64,000 bases of DNA from an uncultured Isosphaeraceae bacterium (GTDB lineage Bacteria > Planctomycetota > Phycisphaerae > Phycisphaerales > SM1A02). A program made the translations under genes and the position numbers. The notes beneath the pieces were generated by a model. That model did not search any database. It worked only from the letters and a program-made list of their open reading frames with translations, and was not told the origin of the DNA. The DNA is taken from positions 12,867-76,866 of the forward strand of contig CAYLNM010000002.1 of NCBI GenBank assembly GCA_964385045.1. The letters are read 5' to 3'. The stretch's first letter is position 1. Each line of letters starts with the position of its first letter. Shown here piece after piece: positions 10,158 to 19,350 of the stretch.

Positions 10158-10612
10158 CGGCCCGCTCCCCCCGGAGGGTCGCGCTCCGGCACCGGATCGA
10201 ACCCGCAGCCGCCCCACGGCTGGCAGCGGGCCAGCCGCCGCACCGTCAGCCAGCCCCCGCGCACCGCGCCATGCGTCCGCAGCGCCTCCACCGCGTAGTC
10301 GCTGCACGTGGGGACGAACCGGCAGTGCCCGCCGAGGAAGGGACGCAGCGTCACCTGGTAGCCCCGGACCAGCAGCAGCAGCGGCCAGGCCGCGGGGGAG
10401 ACACGAGACCGCACGGGCGGCGCCGGCGACACGTCGGCCACGTCCGCCGCGTCGGCCACGTCCGTCGCGTCCGCTGCGTCCGCCACGTCCGTCGCGTCCG
10501 CCACGTTCGTCGCGTCCGCCGCGCCGGCCACGTGCTTCGCGTCCGGCGCATCCGCCGACGCGTCGGCGGCATCGCGGACGTCCCGACCTCGACCGACGTC
10601 CCCGCCGCTCAT
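10154..10612 (-). CDS. yidD: Membrane protein insertion efficiency factor YidD with acidic repeat N-extension
   Basis: C-terminal core [58 protein letters not shown] is the YidD signature. ATG at 10612 forms an ATGA overlap with the rnpA stop. The true start could instead lie downstream of the repeats. Confidence 0.85.
   Translation of the reverse strand: MSGGDVGRGRDVRDAADASADAPDAKHVAGAADATNVADATDVADAADATDVADAADVADVSPAPPVRSRVSPAAWPLLLLVRGYQVTLRPFLGGHCRFVPTCSDYAVEALRTHGAVRGGWLTVRRLARCQPWGGCGFDPVPERDPPGGAGR
10431..10560 (-). repeat. In-frame tandem repeat (about 18-bp unit) inside the yidD 5' region
   Basis: gccacgtccgtcgcgtcc-like units occur at about 10456, 10481 and 10500, with degenerate flanking copies. 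They encode [12 protein letters not shown] hexapeptides, and every repeat codon is GC3. Confidence 0.75.
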
Positions 10613-10989
10613 TCCCGCCCCCCGCCCATGCCGAGCCGTGACGCGAGACCGCCCGCCGCCCGCCGCAGGATCGCGCCGAGCTCGTCGGTGCCGAGCAGCG
10701 GATCGTGGGGCCGGACGTGCACCACGAGGTCGATCGGCGGAAGCTCGGGAAGGGCGAGCCGGAACGCCTCGCGGATCCGCCGCCGGATGCGATTCCGCCG
10801 CGGGGCGGAGCCGACGCGGCGCGGGACCGCGAGCCCCAGCCGGGAGTGGGCCAGACCATTCGGCCGCGCGTGGACCAGCAGCGGGCCGATCCGCTTGCTC
10901 GTCCGGGCCGCGTAGACCGCCTCGAAGTCGCCGCGGCTGCGGACCCGGTGTCGCCGGCGAAACCGCAGGCGCTCCCCCGGGCCGCTCAC
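10609..10989 (-). CDS. rnpA: Ribonuclease P protein component
   Basis: [20 protein letters not shown]...[41 protein letters not shown] matches the RnpA pattern. GTG at 10989 overlaps the ClC stop (GTGA). Confidence 0.85.
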   Translation of the reverse strand: MSGPGERLRFRRRHRVRSRGDFEAVYAARTSKRIGPLLVHARPNGLAHSRLGLAVPRRVGSAPRRNRIRRRIREAFRLALPELPPIDLVVHVRPHDPLLGTDELGAILRRAAGGLASRLGMGGGRE

Positions 10990-13088
10990 GTGTCGCCCTC
11001 CAGCGCGTCGTGGTACGTCCGCATCAGCCGGGCGCGGGACAGCAGCCCTCGCACCGATCGGCTGCCGGACTCGTGCAGCACCACGAGCGCCCCGGACTCG
11101 GTGCGCGAGAACTTGTCGATCGCCACGTCGAGCGTGTCGTCGGGATGGACCACCGGCAGGTCGTCGCGCATGAGCTCGTGCACCTGCAGCAGCGGGATCG
11201 CCTCGCGGTAGACGAGCGCCTCCTTCAGGTCGTTCTGCGTCACGAGCCCCAGGTAGCGGTCCTTCGCATCCGTGACCACGAAATCGCTCACGCTCAGCCG
11301 TTCGCTGAGCTCGAGGAGCCGGTCGGCCGACTCCTCCGGATGCACGTAGACCGGGGCCACGAGCGGCACGTCGTCGACCCGCATCCGGCGCATGATCGTC
11401 AGGTCGCTCATCGACCCGAGCTTCAGCCCGAGCCGCGAAGGGATCACGGAGTACACGCTCTCGCCGTACCAGAGGCGGCCGACGATGGTGGCGATGACCG
11501 CCGCGAGCATCAGGGGCAGGATGACCTCGTACGTCCGCGTGATCTCGTACACCATGAGCATCGCGGTGAGCGGCGCGTGCATCGTCGCCGCCACCATCGC
11601 GGCCATGCCCACGAGGGCGTAGTGGGCCGGGCTCGCCGCCGGGAACAGCCCCACCGCGTTGACCACCGCCCCGAAGACGCCGCCGATGGACGCCCCGAGG
11701 AACAGCGCGGGGGCGAAGACGCCGCCCGAGCCGCCGCTGCCGATCGTGACGCACGTCGCGAGGCCCTTGACCACCGCCAGCAGCACCAGCACCCCGAGCA
11801 GGCCCCACGGGGCGCCGCCTCCGGTCTCCGCCGACGCGACCGCGCCGGCGCCGGTCCCGGCGGCGGCCTCCGCGCCCACGGCCCCCGCGCCGGCCCCGGC
11901 CGCGAGGTGTCCGTGCCCGGCCGCGACCGCGGCGGCCTCCTCGGCCGAGGCCGCCGCCCCGCCGTAGAACGCGGGATCGAGCAGGTCGCGGATCACCGGG
12001 TAGCCGTTGCCCATGAAGCCGGGCAGCCCGTGACCCGGCGCGTCCGCCCCGCCGGGTCGGGCGAGCAGCCACGCGAGGCCGATCACGCCGACGACGAGGC
12101 CGCCGAGCGCGGGCTTGAGCAGCTGCGGCAGTCGGATCCGCTCCACGAGCCCGATCGTGGCGAAGAGCGCCCGGATGAAGAGCGGGGCTGCGGAGCCGCA
12201 GACCAGGCCGAGCAGCAGGTAGTTCGGGATCTCGTGCCACGTGAACGCGTTGGCGATCAGGTCGGCCCCGGAGTCGAAGAGGGCCTCGTTGCCGAGCACC
12301 GCCTGCGTGAGGGCGGCCGAGATCACCGCCGCGATCACGATCGGCGTGAACGTCCGCAGCGAGAAGTCGCGGAGGAGAATCTCCATCGTGAAGAACACCC
12401 CCGCGATGGGGGCGTTGAACACCGACGCGATCCCCGCCGCCGCCCCGCAGCCGACCAGGGCCGCGGTGCTCTTCCGCTCCGCCCCGAGGCTGCGGCCGAT
12501 GCCGGAGCCGATCGACGAGCCGATGATCGCGATCGGCCCCTCCGCCCCCGCCGATCCGCCCGAGCCGATCGTGGCGGTGGCCGAGAGCCACTTGCGGAGC
12601 CCCATGCCGACCGGCACGCGGGCCTGCCGGCGATGGATCGCCCAGATCACCTTCTCCACGCTGACGCCCGGCAGCTCGTCACGGGCCGGCAGCGCCCGCG
12701 GCACGAACCCGCACAGCAGGCCGCCCGCGGCGGGGAGCAGGAGCACCAGCCACCACAGCTCGCGCGGGTCGGCGTGGGCCGCGTGCTCCTCGATCCAGTG
12801 CAGCGGCAGGATGAACGCCATCGTCACCCCGCTCATCACGAGGCCGATGATCACCGCGGCCGGGATGAGCTCCCAGTCGCGCCCGAAGCCGAGCCGGGCC
12901 GCGAGCCGCAGCAGCGCGGCGATCGGGGCCGAGTGGGCCCGGGCCCCGGAGTCCTCGTCGCCGGGACCGGTCCCCGCGCGGGTCGCCGGCTCGGAGGCGG
13001 TCGGCGCCGCGGCGGCGACCCGGCGACCCGTCCCGCGGGAGGCTCGGTCGCCGGACGGCGGGCTCGGGGAACGGGCGTCGTGGCTCAT
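10986..13088 (-). CDS. Voltage-gated ClC chloride channel/antiporter with C-terminal CBS pair
   Basis: ClC selectivity motifs [11 protein letters not shown] and [16 protein letters not shown], many TM segments, and a C-terminal tandem CBS-like region ([12 protein letters not shown]..., [12 protein letters not shown]...). Confidence 0.9.
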   Translation of the reverse strand: MSHDARSPSPPSGDRASRGTGRRVAAAAPTASEPATRAGTGPGDEDSGARAHSAPIAALLRLAARLGFGRDWELIPAAVIIGLVMSGVTMAFILPLHWIEEHAAHADPRELWWLVLLLPAAGGLLCGFVPRALPARDELPGVSVEKVIWAIHRRQARVPVGMGLRKWLSATATIGSGGSAGAEGPIAIIGSSIGSGIGRSLGAERKSTAALVGCGAAAGIASVFNAPIAGVFFTMEILLRDFSLRTFTPIVIAAVISAALTQAVLGNEALFDSGADLIANAFTWHEIPNYLLLGLVCGSAAPLFIRALFATIGLVERIRLPQLLKPALGGLVVGVIGLAWLLARPGGADAPGHGLPGFMGNGYPVIRDLLDPAFYGGAAASAEEAAAVAAGHGHLAAGAGAGAVGAEAAAGTGAGAVASAETGGGAPWGLLGVLVLLAVVKGLATCVTIGSGGSGGVFAPALFLGASIGGVFGAVVNAVGLFPAASPAHYALVGMAAMVAATMHAPLTAMLMVYEITRTYEVILPLMLAAVIATIVGRLWYGESVYSVIPSRLGLKLGSMSDLTIMRRMRVDDVPLVAPVYVHPEESADRLLELSERLSVSDFVVTDAKDRYLGLVTQNDLKEALVYREAIPLLQVHELMRDDLPVVHPDDTLDVAIDKFSRTESGALVVLHESGSRSVRGLLSRARLMRTYHDALEGDT

Positions 13089-13476
13089 GGAGTCGGTGGG
13101 ACGACGGGCCGGGAGGCCGGTGCCGGGCCGGGGCCGGCGACGGCGGCGGAGGCGGCGGCAGGGGCGGGAAGGAAGGATGCGGAAACGGCTCGGACCGCCC
13201 CGCTGAGTCGGCCCGCCGGGGGTCCGTCGTCGAAGCGGCCGGCGGCTCGCGGGCGGACGCGACGGACGGCGAACGCCGCCGACGGTGGCGAAGCGGGGCC
13301 GCGCCGGGCGACGCGGACGCGGCCGCGGCCGCGAGGCGATCGGTCAGTGTACCCGGAGCGCGGCCGGGGCTCCGGTCAGCCGCGACGGCGGGGATCGCCC
13401 CGCGGGAGGGCCGCGAGCGGTCGCCCGGGCCATCGGCGCGACGGCGGGAGCCTTCGACACCGAGTGGGAGGGCGGG

Positions 13477-13482
13477 TAGACT
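13477..13482 (+). promoter_or_regulatory. Candidate -10 hexamer TAGACT upstream of rpoZ
   Basis: gggTAGACTacgggg lies 109 nt upstream of the rpoZ ATG. TTCGAC sits 18 nt upstream as a possible -35. It belongs to a recurrent intergenic TAGACT motif. Confidence 0.4.
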
Positions 13483-13590
13483 ACGGGGCTCGGCCGCGAC
13501 GGCGGCCGGAGGCGGCGGCTCCGCGTCGAGCCCGCTCCCCGGCCCCGGCTCCTCCCCCCTGCGGCCCCCGGCACGGAGCGACGGACCACG

Positions 13591-13833
13591 ATGATCGAGG
13601 CCCTCAAGAGCGATGACATCGTCGAGAAGTGCGGCGGCCGATTCAAGCTGACCGCCCTGATCCAGCGACGCCTCAAGGAGCTCATCGTCGACGGCGCCCG
13701 CCCGCTCGTCGACCGCGAGGGCCGCACGGATCTCGAGCTCGTCATCGAGGAGATCCGGCAGGAGAAGATCGCCCCCGACTTCTCCGACTCGGACTTCGAT
13801 CCCGACGTCGCGACGCGAACGACGAACGACTGA
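13591..13833 (+). CDS. rpoZ: DNA-directed RNA polymerase subunit omega
   Basis: 80 aa. DDIVEKCGGRFKLTALIQRRLKEL...PLV.........LELVIEEIRQEKI fits the omega pattern (vek.gnRF.L...aa.Rar.l...plv....alrEI..gki). Confidence 0.75.
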   Translation: MIEALKSDDIVEKCGGRFKLTALIQRRLKELIVDGARPLVDREGRTDLELVIEEIRQEKIAPDFSDSDFDPDVATRTTND

Positions 13834-13954
13834 CCGAGTCTCGCCGCGGAGCCCGGCCCCGGATCCGGCGTCGCATCCGCCCCGAACGACGGGTGCCGCC
13901 CCGCCCCGCCGGGCCCGGCCGCCTCCGTCGGGCCCGCCCGCGCGGATCCCGCCG

Positions 13955-14548
13955 ATGAACGCCCCCCCCGCGATGCCCGACCTCGGACCGGCCACCGGCC
14001 GCCGCATCGTCGTCGGCGTGGGAGGCGGCATCGCCGTGTACAAGGTCTGCACCGTGGTGAGCCGGCTCGCCCAGGCCGGCGCCGCCGTCACGGTGGCGAT
14101 GACCGAGTCCGCTCCCCGGTTCGTGACGCCGCTGACCTTCCAGGCCCTCTCGGGCCGGCACGCGTACACGAGCCAGTGGGAGCACGTCGAGTCGCAGGAC
14201 CCGCAGCACGTCGCTCTCGGCCGCGACGCGGACCTCATGCTCGTCGCCCCGTGCACCATGAACCTCACCGCGAAGCTCGCCTCGGGCCGGACCGACGACA
14301 TGGTCTGCCTCCTCGCGAGCGTGATCGACCGCGCCCGCACGCCGGTGCTCCTCGCCCCGTCGATGAACGCGGCGATGTACGCCCAGCCCGCCACGCGGCG
14401 CAACCTCGCCACGCTCCGCGACGACGGCTTCCGCGTGCTCGAGCCCGGCGAGGGCTGGCAGGCCTGCCGCACCTCGGGCCCGGGCCGACTCCCCGAGCCC
14501 GAGGACCTGCTCGCGGCGGTCGTCGCCGCCCTCCCCGCGTCCACCTGA
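13955..14548 (+). CDS. coaC: Phosphopantothenoylcysteine decarboxylase-type flavoprotein (CoaC domain only)
   Basis: RIVVGVGGGIAVYKV....RL..AGA.V.V.MTE.A..FVTPLTFQALSG, then DLMLVAPCTMNLTAKLASGRTDD and PSMN..M. No CoaB half follows it. Confidence 0.8.
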   Translation: MNAPPAMPDLGPATGRRIVVGVGGGIAVYKVCTVVSRLAQAGAAVTVAMTESAPRFVTPLTFQALSGRHAYTSQWEHVESQDPQHVALGRDADLMLVAPCTMNLTAKLASGRTDDMVCLLASVIDRARTPVLLAPSMNAAMYAQPATRRNLATLRDDGFRVLEPGEGWQACRTSGPGRLPEPEDLLAAVVAALPAST

Positions 14549-14870
14549 TCCCGCCGATTCCCGGACCCTCGGGGCGGGGCCGGCGCCATCGTGCGCGGCC
14601 GGGCCCGCGGTGGGCGGCCATGCTCGCGGCGCGCCGCATCGCCCGGGCCGCCGCCGGGCCCACCGCCGGCCTCGCCGCTCCGGCGGCCGCCAGCGCCACC
14701 ACCCCGGGCAGCACGCCGGCGCCCGTGCCGCGTCCGTCCCGGCGGCTGGCGATCCCGGATCAATGGCCGCCCCCACGGCGGCATCGCCCGCGCAGCCCCT
14801 TCCCCCACGGGCCGCGCTCCGCGATGCTGGTCCCGTGCCGGAGCCTCTCATCGCCCGGCCGGGAGCCGTC

Positions 14871-16703
14871 ATGACCGACCGATCGATCGTCCGTCCCCAC
14901 CGTCGTCCCGCCCGCCTGCGTCGCCTGGCCGGCGCGGCCCTCGCCTCCGCGGGCCTGGCCACGCTCGGCGCCGCCGTCCTCGCCGCACCCGCGCCCACCG
15001 CGGACGCGGCGACCGCGCTCGAGGGCCCGCGGCTCGCACCGTCCGCAGCCGCATCCGCAGCCGCACCCGTGCCCACCGGCCTCGGCGCGAGCGTCGACGA
15101 CGGCGAGCGGGCGCTCCGCCCGCTGCCCGCTCCCACCGGCCGCGACGGCGTGACCGACCTGCGCGTCGTCACGACCCCGGTGCCCGCGGCGCCGCGTCCC
15201 ACCGGCGACGCCCGCTCCGGCCTCCCCGCGGCCGACGCCCCCGAGGGCGACTGCCCGCCGGTGGTCGCCAGCCACACCGACGCCGACTTCACCGGCGGCA
15301 GCTTCGTGGCCCAGGCCGGCTTCGTGGAGAGCGAGATCGCCGCCGCGAGCTACACCCTCGCCCCCGGCGACTTCCCGATCCGCCTCGACCTCGCGGAGAT
15401 GATCTTCGTCACGTCCAACGCGACGGTGGAGACCACCACCGAGTGGAGTCTCCTCGTCTGGCAGGGCACCCCGGTCGACGGCACGATCGTGGCCGAGGTG
15501 TCGTCCGACGGCGAGCTCCTGCCGCACATCGTGATGCCGCCCGGCACCAGCGGCGTGAACGTGCAGGTGCTCGTCGATCCCGACGATCCCGAGCAGATCG
15601 TCATCCAGGACGACGGCAGCGCGACCTTCACGATCGGCTACCGCATCGACGCCCACAACCAGCCCTCGCCGCAGCCGTGCCTGATCGGCCCGGACCCGTG
15701 CTGCAACGCCTTCCCGGCCACCGACACCGGCGGCCTGCAGGAGCCGACCCGCAACTGGCTCCGCGGCATCGACTGCGGCTTCCTCGGCTGCCCGCCCGGC
15801 GGCGGCTGGACGACCTTCGCCGACCTGAACCCCCTCTGCCGCCCGAGCGGCGACTGGGTGATCCGCGCGACCTGGTCGAGCCTCGACTGCACCAGCGGCC
15901 CGGCCGGCGCCTGCTGCCTGCCCGACGGCACCTGCGACGTCCTCACCGCGGCCGCCTGCGAGTCGGCCGGCGGCATCTACTTCGGGGACGGCGTCCTCTG
16001 CGGCGAGGTGACGTGCCCCGATCCGGTCGGGGCGTGCTGCCTCGGGACCACGTGCGCCGTCGGCAGCGAGGCCGACTGCGACGACATCGGGGGCGTGTTC
16101 CTCGGGCTCGGCACCGACTGCGCCGACGACGCCTGCTCCGCCCCCGGCGCCTGCTGCATCCCCGCCACCGGCGGCTGCCTCACCCTCGCCCCCGACGACT
16201 GCGAGGCGGTGGGCGGCATCTTCCAGGGGCCGGCCACCCGGTGCGCGGACGTGATCTGCTTCCCCGAGGGGGCGTGCTGCCTCCCGAGCGGCGACTGCCT
16301 CGACGGCGTCTCGCCCGAGGACTGCGGCGCGGTGGGCGGCACCTTCCAGGGCGACGGCACCGCCTGCGGCACCGTCGAGTGCCCGGAGCCGATCGGCGCG
16401 TGCTGCCTGCAGGACGGCGCGGTCTGCCTCGAGCTGACCGAGGCGGACTGCACGATCGTCGCGGGCACCTGGGCCGGACCGGCCACCACGTGCACCGACG
16501 GCGACGGCGACGGCACGGCCGACGACTGCACCGCCTGTCCCCCCGACCTCGACGGCTCGGGGGCGATCGACTTCGGCGACATCCTCTCGGTGCTCTCGGC
16601 GTGGGGCGCCTGCGGCGATCCCTGCCCCGAGGACCTCGACGGATCGGCCGCGGTCGACTTCGACGACCTGCTCACCGTCCTCGGGGCGTTCGGCCCCTGC
16701 TGA
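14871..16703 (+). CDS. Secreted protein with five Cys-rich GACC repeats and two C-terminal dockerin/EF-hand-like repeats
   Basis: ATG at 14871 gives the signal peptide MTDRSIVRPHRRPARLRRLAGAALASAGLATLGAAVLAAPAPTADA. There are five units of about 40 aa with the pattern GACC..(D)G.C....(D)C...GG.F.G.G..C....C at 15906-16538. These are followed by DLDGSGAIDFGDILSVLSAWG and DLDGSAAVDFDDLLTVLGAFG. Confidence 0.8.
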   Translation: MTDRSIVRPHRRPARLRRLAGAALASAGLATLGAAVLAAPAPTADAATALEGPRLAPSAAASAAAPVPTGLGASVDDGERALRPLPAPTGRDGVTDLRVVTTPVPAAPRPTGDARSGLPAADAPEGDCPPVVASHTDADFTGGSFVAQAGFVESEIAAASYTLAPGDFPIRLDLAEMIFVTSNATVETTTEWSLLVWQGTPVDGTIVAEVSSDGELLPHIVMPPGTSGVNVQVLVDPDDPEQIVIQDDGSATFTIGYRIDAHNQPSPQPCLIGPDPCCNAFPATDTGGLQEPTRNWLRGIDCGFLGCPPGGGWTTFADLNPLCRPSGDWVIRATWSSLDCTSGPAGACCLPDGTCDVLTAAACESAGGIYFGDGVLCGEVTCPDPVGACCLGTTCAVGSEADCDDIGGVFLGLGTDCADDACSAPGACCIPATGGCLTLAPDDCEAVGGIFQGPATRCADVICFPEGACCLPSGDCLDGVSPEDCGAVGGTFQGDGTACGTVECPEPIGACCLQDGAVCLELTEADCTIVAGTWAGPATTCTDGDGDGTADDCTACPPDLDGSGAIDFGDILSVLSAWGACGDPCPEDLDGSAAVDFDDLLTVLGAFGPC

Positions 16704-16752
16704 TCGGGCCGCGGGCCGGCGACGGCCCGCGAGCACGACGCGACCCGGCGAC

Positions 16753-16787
16753 GGGCCGCGGCTCCCCTTGCCGGGGGGCCGCGGCCC
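16753..16787 (+). terminator. GC-rich hairpin downstream of the Cys-rich protein gene
   Basis: GGGCCGCGGCtCCCC-ttgc-cGGGGgGCCGCGGCCC, 50 nt after the stop at 16703. It has no U-tail. Confidence 0.45.
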
Positions 16788-17212
16788 GCGTTCGCGCCGG
16801 CCCACCGGTCCGCCGGCCCGCCGGCCCACCGGAGCACCGCCGGCCGGGCGTTCGACGCCCCATCGCCGAGACCCGACCCCGTCCGCCCCGGCCGTCGCGA
16901 CGGATCGCCGGGACGCGCGGCACGCCTGCCGTGGCAGCGTCAGACGGCAGGCAGCGTGCACCGCGCACGCCGCCCGCCGCCCCGCCGCCCAAGCCTGGTC
17001 CCCCGTCCCGGGGCGGACATCGGACGATCGATCCGTCATCGCCGCGAAGCCGGCCGACCCGCACCGGACCTCGCGCGAGGCCTCGCGGGTCCCGCGGGTC
17101 CCGCGGCTCGCGTCCGGCGGCTCGCGTCCGGCTGCACCGCGGACCGGGCGGCGGGCTGCACGGCGACCGCCGCCCGCCGTCCGCGTCACCCGGCCGGCGT
17201 CATGCCCCCGTG

Positions 17213-17230
17213 GCGCCCCCGCCCGGGGGC
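17213..17230 (-). terminator. GC hairpin immediately downstream of the 660-aa gene
   Basis: CGCCCCCG-cc-CGGGGGCG lies 5 nt beyond the stop codon at 17235-17237. It has no U-tail. Confidence 0.4.
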
Positions 17231-17234
17231 GGAC

Positions 17235-19217
17235 TCACTGCCGCTCGATCTCGTCCCGGGCCCGCTGCTCGGCCTCGCGCCGCTGCTGCTCGGCCTCGGC
17301 CTCGGCGATCATCGCCCGGACCTGCTCGAGGTTGGCGGGGGGCGGGAAGAGCTCCGCCGCGGAGTACCGCTGGCCGAGGGGGTGCCGCTGCAGCTGCCGC
17401 CGCAGGTCGTCGATCACGTCGTCGTACGCGTAGGCCCGGGCGAGCTCCGCCCCGCGGAACCCATCGACGCGGCTCCAGATCGTCACCCGCTCCTCGAGCG
17501 GGATGCCCGGATCGCGCATCACGACCTTGAACGCCTCCCGCACCAGGGTCGGCGTGTCCTGCAGCATGTCCCGCACGCGGCCGACGCCGAACTTGTTGGT
17601 GAAGTCGTAGTACTCGTTCTCCTTGAAGATCGTCACGACCTGGGCGACGAACGTCAGGGCATTGGTCCAGACCTCCTCGCGGCCGCGGCCGACGCCCACG
17701 CGGTAGGCGTACCGCATGGAGGCGATCGCCTCGCTGGGAGCGAGGTGCGGCTGGAAGCCGTACTCCTCCTCGATCTCGTCGCGGACGAAGGCCTCCAGCG
17801 GCTTCTGGAACCGCGGGTTCTGCAGGCCCGGCCGGGCTCCGGAGCCGAAGAGGCCGTCGAGCCGGTCGAGCAGCTGCTGGGCTCGCGCGAACTCGCCCGA
17901 GCGATACGCCTCGCGGACCGCCGAGGCCATGAAGTTCTGCAGGAACCCGATGAAGCCCTCGCCGCCCGCCCCGCGGGTGTCGAAGTGCTTGTCGTAGTAG
18001 ACGCCGAACAGATCGGCGATGGTGTCGACGAACCGCGGCTCCGGGAAGCGGCTCACCCACTCGCCGGAGAACGGGTCGAAGATGATGCGGCCGAAGCGGG
18101 CGAGGCCCTGGATCGCCTGGAGCTGCTGGCGGTCGTTGTTGAGGGCGATGTAGATCGAGTTGGTGTCCGCGACGCCGATCGACGCCCGCCGCTCGCCGAG
18201 CCGCGACCAGTAGAGCGCGTGGGCGTAGCCGCTCCGCCAGTCGATGGGCCCGAGCTCCTCGGTCAGGGCGAGCATGAACGCCGGGTCCATGTTGAACTCG
18301 TCCCGCAGCACGCGGTAGCGGGTGAACCGGATCAGGGTCCGCCACTGCTCGGCGACGTCCGGGTCCGACGCCACGTCGTCGAAGGCGGCGAAGCTCGCCC
18401 GGCTCCGCCGGTACTGCTCCTTGATGCCGAGGATCTCGGCGATCTCCGTGTCGCGGTTGACCGCCTGCCACTCACCGTAGCGCATGAGGAACTCGGACGA
18501 CACGGAGTACGTCGCCTGCTCTCCGAAGGGCCCCATCGACTCGTCGAAGCGCTGGATCAGGGTGAGCACGCCCGGCGTGCGCCGCTCGGCCTCCTCGAGG
18601 GAGCGCGGGGCCTCGGCCACCGCGCGGATCCACTCGATCCGGCTCTCCCAGTCCTCGGGCGGCGCCCCGAGCAGGTAGTGCCACTGGCGGGCGAGCTCGG
18701 TCTTGTAATAGAGGTGCGCGTCGTCGGAGACGCCCTCGATCTTGTGCGCGAACCAGAACGCGAGGTCCCGGTGCAGCTGCATGTTGTTGGGGTTGTGCCG
18801 CAGGCCCTCGTTGCGGACGAGGCGGATGCCCGCCTGCACCCACTCCCACCGCTCGGCCATCGTGTGGGTGGCGACCGAGATGTTGTAGGCCATGTTGTGG
18901 CCGTGGAAGATCCAGACCTGGGCGAACCGCGGCTGCAGCTTGGTGATGAGCTCGGCGTCGGCCATCACCTCGAAGAACAGCCCCTGGTCCTTCATGTAGT
19001 TGACCTTGAGCCACAGGATGTCGACGATCAGCCCGCGCAGGGCACCGATCGCGGTCCCGATGGCCACCCACGGTGGGGCCCCCTCGACCGAGGTCGTGGT
19101 GTACCGCAGCCCGCGCTCGTCCGACTGGTCGACGAGCCGCGGCAGCATGGTGCCGCCGGCGGCGGAGGCGCCGACCGCGACGGCGAGGGCGATGGCCTGG
19201 ATGGTGCGTGCGTTCAT
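17235..19217 (-). CDS. Membrane-anchored helical protein of unknown function (last gene of the SPFH/ABC operon)
   Basis: 660-aa GC3-rich ORF. It has an N-terminal hydrophobic anchor (AIALAVAVGASAAGG) and a second hydrophobic segment (WVAIGTAIGALRGLIVDILWL). The remainder is Trp/Tyr/Arg-rich helical sequence with no motif I recognise. Confidence 0.75.
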   Translation of the reverse strand: MNARTIQAIALAVAVGASAAGGTMLPRLVDQSDERGLRYTTTSVEGAPPWVAIGTAIGALRGLIVDILWLKVNYMKDQGLFFEVMADAELITKLQPRFAQVWIFHGHNMAYNISVATHTMAERWEWVQAGIRLVRNEGLRHNPNNMQLHRDLAFWFAHKIEGVSDDAHLYYKTELARQWHYLLGAPPEDWESRIEWIRAVAEAPRSLEEAERRTPGVLTLIQRFDESMGPFGEQATYSVSSEFLMRYGEWQAVNRDTEIAEILGIKEQYRRSRASFAAFDDVASDPDVAEQWRTLIRFTRYRVLRDEFNMDPAFMLALTEELGPIDWRSGYAHALYWSRLGERRASIGVADTNSIYIALNNDRQQLQAIQGLARFGRIIFDPFSGEWVSRFPEPRFVDTIADLFGVYYDKHFDTRGAGGEGFIGFLQNFMASAVREAYRSGEFARAQQLLDRLDGLFGSGARPGLQNPRFQKPLEAFVRDEIEEEYGFQPHLAPSEAIASMRYAYRVGVGRGREEVWTNALTFVAQVVTIFKENEYYDFTNKFGVGRVRDMLQDTPTLVREAFKVVMRDPGIPLEERVTIWSRVDGFRGAELARAYAYDDVIDDLRRQLQRHPLGQRYSAAELFPPPANLEQVRAMIAEAEAEQQRREAEQRARDEIERQ

Positions 19218-19350
19218 GGCGAGGCTCCCGGGGACGGGGCTCCGGAGATCGGGATCGAAGGCCGGCCCGGCGCGCCCGGCGACGCCGGGACCCGAGTCGG
19301 AGCCGGGCCGCGGCGGTTCGGCCGCGCGGCCCCGGCGGCCGCGGGCCGGG

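Noticed and set aside
10024-10915. Plus-strand ORFs 10024..10641 and 10271..10915 across the yidD repeat tract.
   Set aside because: They are antisense to rnpA, yidD and dinB. Their apparent repeats (RRVRHV..., PRPSRP...) simply mirror the yidD tandem repeat read in the wrong frame or on the wrong strand.
13089-13300. Possible fluoride (crcB-motif) riboswitch in the leader of the ClC gene.
   Set aside because: The minus-strand leader is a pyrimidine-rich tract without the conserved GGCGATGG...AACCGCC...GATGAT elements. The channel also carries CBS domains, as in canonical ClC rather than the ClC-F type.
14591-17530. 979-aa plus-strand ORF, 809-aa minus-strand ORF 14760..17189, and the 221-aa ORF 16768..17433 in the convergent spacer.
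   Set aside because: All give low-complexity Arg/Pro/Gly translations. The real gene in this region is the Cys-rich protein in another frame, and the spacer ORF lacks coding-like codon usage.
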